DNA of 64,000 nucleotides from an uncultured Verrucomicrobiae bacterium (lineage in GTDB: Bacteria > Verrucomicrobiota > Verrucomicrobiia > Limisphaerales > JAFGQR01). The notes below the pieces were generated by a model. The model was not told the origin of the DNA and ran no database searches. It worked only from the letters and a program-made list of their open reading frames with translations. This document shows, piece after piece, positions 62,503 to 64,000 of the stretch. How positions within the stretch are numbered: the stretch's first letter is position 1; every line of letters begins with the position of its first letter. A program made the translations under genes and the position numbers. Location: assembly GCA_963788655.1 (NCBI GenBank), contig CAWBHS010000110.1:1-64000 (forward strand), in the 5' to 3' direction.

Positions 62503-63183
62503 ATGAAATGTGTGATTGTTGGACTGGGTGAATTTGGCCGGGCGGCCGCCGTGGGCCTGGCGCGCGCCGGCGCGGAAGTGATCGCCGTGGATACCAAGAT
62601 GGAGCGCGTCAATCTGGTCAAGGACGAGGTGGCGCTGGCCATCAAGTTGGACGGACGCCAGCGAGACGAATTGAAGTCGCACGGCATTGGGGACGCCGAT
62701 GTGTTGGTGGCCGCGATTGGTGAGGACTTCGAGGCCCAGGTCCTGTTGATCGTCCACGCCCGGAAGCTGGGCATCAAACGCATTGTCGCGCGCGCAACCT
62801 CGATGGACCATCGCCGGGTGCTGGAAGCGGTGGGGGCCGACGAAGTGTTCAACCCGGAAGAGGAAGCGGCGCATTGGATGGTGCGGCGGCTGACGATCAC
62901 CAACATTTCCAATTACTACGAACTGGCCGAAGGCTTCAGCATCGTGGAAGCCAAAGCCCCGCCCGGCATCACGGGCAAGACTTTGCGCGACCTGGATCTG
63001 CGCCGACGATTCCGCATCAATCTGGTCGCCATCAAAAAAGTCGAAATCGGACCGGAGGGCGAGGAATCGCTCAAGTCGTTCAATCCGGTGCCACTCCCGG
63101 ATGAAGTCATCCAGCCCAACGACGTGCTGGCCCTGCTCGGCAGTGTGCTGGATTTGGCTTCGTTCATGGGGGAGTACTCTTGA
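62503..63183 (+). CDS. KtrA/TrkA-family RCK subunit
   Basis: VGLGEFG, VAAIGED, IVARA, GADEVFNPE; TrkA-C domain. Confidence 0.93.
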   Translation: MKCVIVGLGEFGRAAAVGLARAGAEVIAVDTKMERVNLVKDEVALAIKLDGRQRDELKSHGIGDADVLVAAIGEDFEAQVLLIVHARKLGIKRIVARATSMDHRRVLEAVGADEVFNPEEEAAHWMVRRLTITNISNYYELAEGFSIVEAKAPPGITGKTLRDLDLRRRFRINLVAIKKVEIGPEGEESLKSFNPVPLPDEVIQPNDVLALLGSVLDLASFMGEYS

Positions 63184-63285
63184 TTCGCCGCCCGCATGCG
63201 CCGCCCGCACCTTGCGCCTGGCACTACCTTCCGGTGCCCTGCCTATCTGGCCGCCGCAGTTGCAACAAAAGAAGCGCGAACGTTT

Positions 63286-63465
63286 CTATTTTTGAGCGGC
63301 GGGAGCGTTGGTTTGTGCCGGCGCATTCAAGGCTTTGATGCGTTTGATCCTGGCCACCTCGACGAGCAACCAGAGCACGGCCAGGAACACAAACAAGAGG
63401 AAGGCCGCCAGCACATACTTCGGCCACGCGTATTTCCTTGGGCTGGTGCGCACAGGTTCAGTCAT
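63286..63465 (-). CDS. Small single-pass membrane protein
   Basis: WPKYVLAAFLLFVFLAVLWLL followed by a basic tail. Confidence 0.55.
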   Translation of the reverse strand: MTEPVRTSPRKYAWPKYVLAAFLLFVFLAVLWLLVEVARIKRIKALNAPAQTNAPAAQK

Positions 63466-63688
63466 AGGCAATACTCAACCCCGTTGAAACCAGACCGTTT
63501 CGCTGCTGATTTCCGCAACCTTTTTTTCGAACCAAGCTCATCCAAATCTACCAAGAGTATTGACCGATCCTGTTTCAACCTCGTTACGCTGGCCTTGGAT
63601 TTTGGTCCTTCGGGCTCCGGACTTTTTCGCGTTGCGAGCTTCGGATTTCGGATTTGCTCCAAACGGCGGCTTGCGTCGAAACAATCCA

Positions 63689-64000
63689 TTACCTTCCCCC
63701 CGCCCATTTCGGCGGCGTCTTCAGGTGGAAGAGCATTTCACCGGCTTTGGGCACCAGCAGAATGCCTTCGTCCTCGCGGTTGGAATACGCGGCAGTCTTG
63801 ATGGTCTTCGGGTTCCGATAGCCCAGGTTGATTTTTCGGCAGACTTCCGCCGGTATTCCGGTGGCCAACGTGACTTCTGCGCGGCACTTCTCGGCGTCGA
63901 GTTCGTAGGTGCCAATGCCCCGGACGTGGGTGGAATGCGCCAACACGCCCCAGGGATGTTGTTTGAAGCGATCCCACTGCCGCAAAAAATAGTCACGGCA
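63689..64000 (-). CDS. Lactate-racemase (LarA-like) domain protein, C-terminal part
   Basis: RDYFLRQW...LAHSTHVRG.G...VTLATGIP...INLGY...AGEML. Confidence 0.7.
   Translation of the reverse strand, partial: CRDYFLRQWDRFKQHPWGVLAHSTHVRGIGTYELDAEKCRAEVTLATGIPAEVCRKINLGYRNPKTIKTAAYSNREDEGILLVPKAGEMLFHLKTPPKWAGGR

Overview
The window looks like a single error-prone long read with about 20 one-base frameshifts in otherwise intact genes, and it is probably chimeric. Bases 1-~3394 are AT-rich DNA with an FHA / PP2C / zinc-ribbon Ser/Thr kinase / FGE-domain cluster. They are joined through a degraded Nanopore-adapter-like sequence to ~60 kb of GC-rich DNA, inferred to be Verrucomicrobiota-like. The GC-rich part carries a futalosine menaquinone operon (ubiX-ubiA-mqnE-mqnA), dprA, ruvC-ruvA, ferritin, priA, an M1 peptidase, GH2, GH15, a sulfatase, KtrAB/TrkAH, a VapBC pair inside a polysaccharide-type operon, an IS110 element and a ~1,880-aa secreted protein. 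It also holds at least eight families of REP-like palindromes. The main finding is a REP-associated tyrosine transposase (RAYT, HUH nuclease) with intact motifs, flanked by five REP doublets, inside priA just before the Walker A motif. The RAYT has no stop codon before the downstream REPs, and those REP units keep an exact codon register, so the locus probably encodes a PriA-RAYT fusion protein. That reading needs four single-base corrections and must be confirmed on accurate sequence. No rRNA, tRNA or CRISPR array was recognised.
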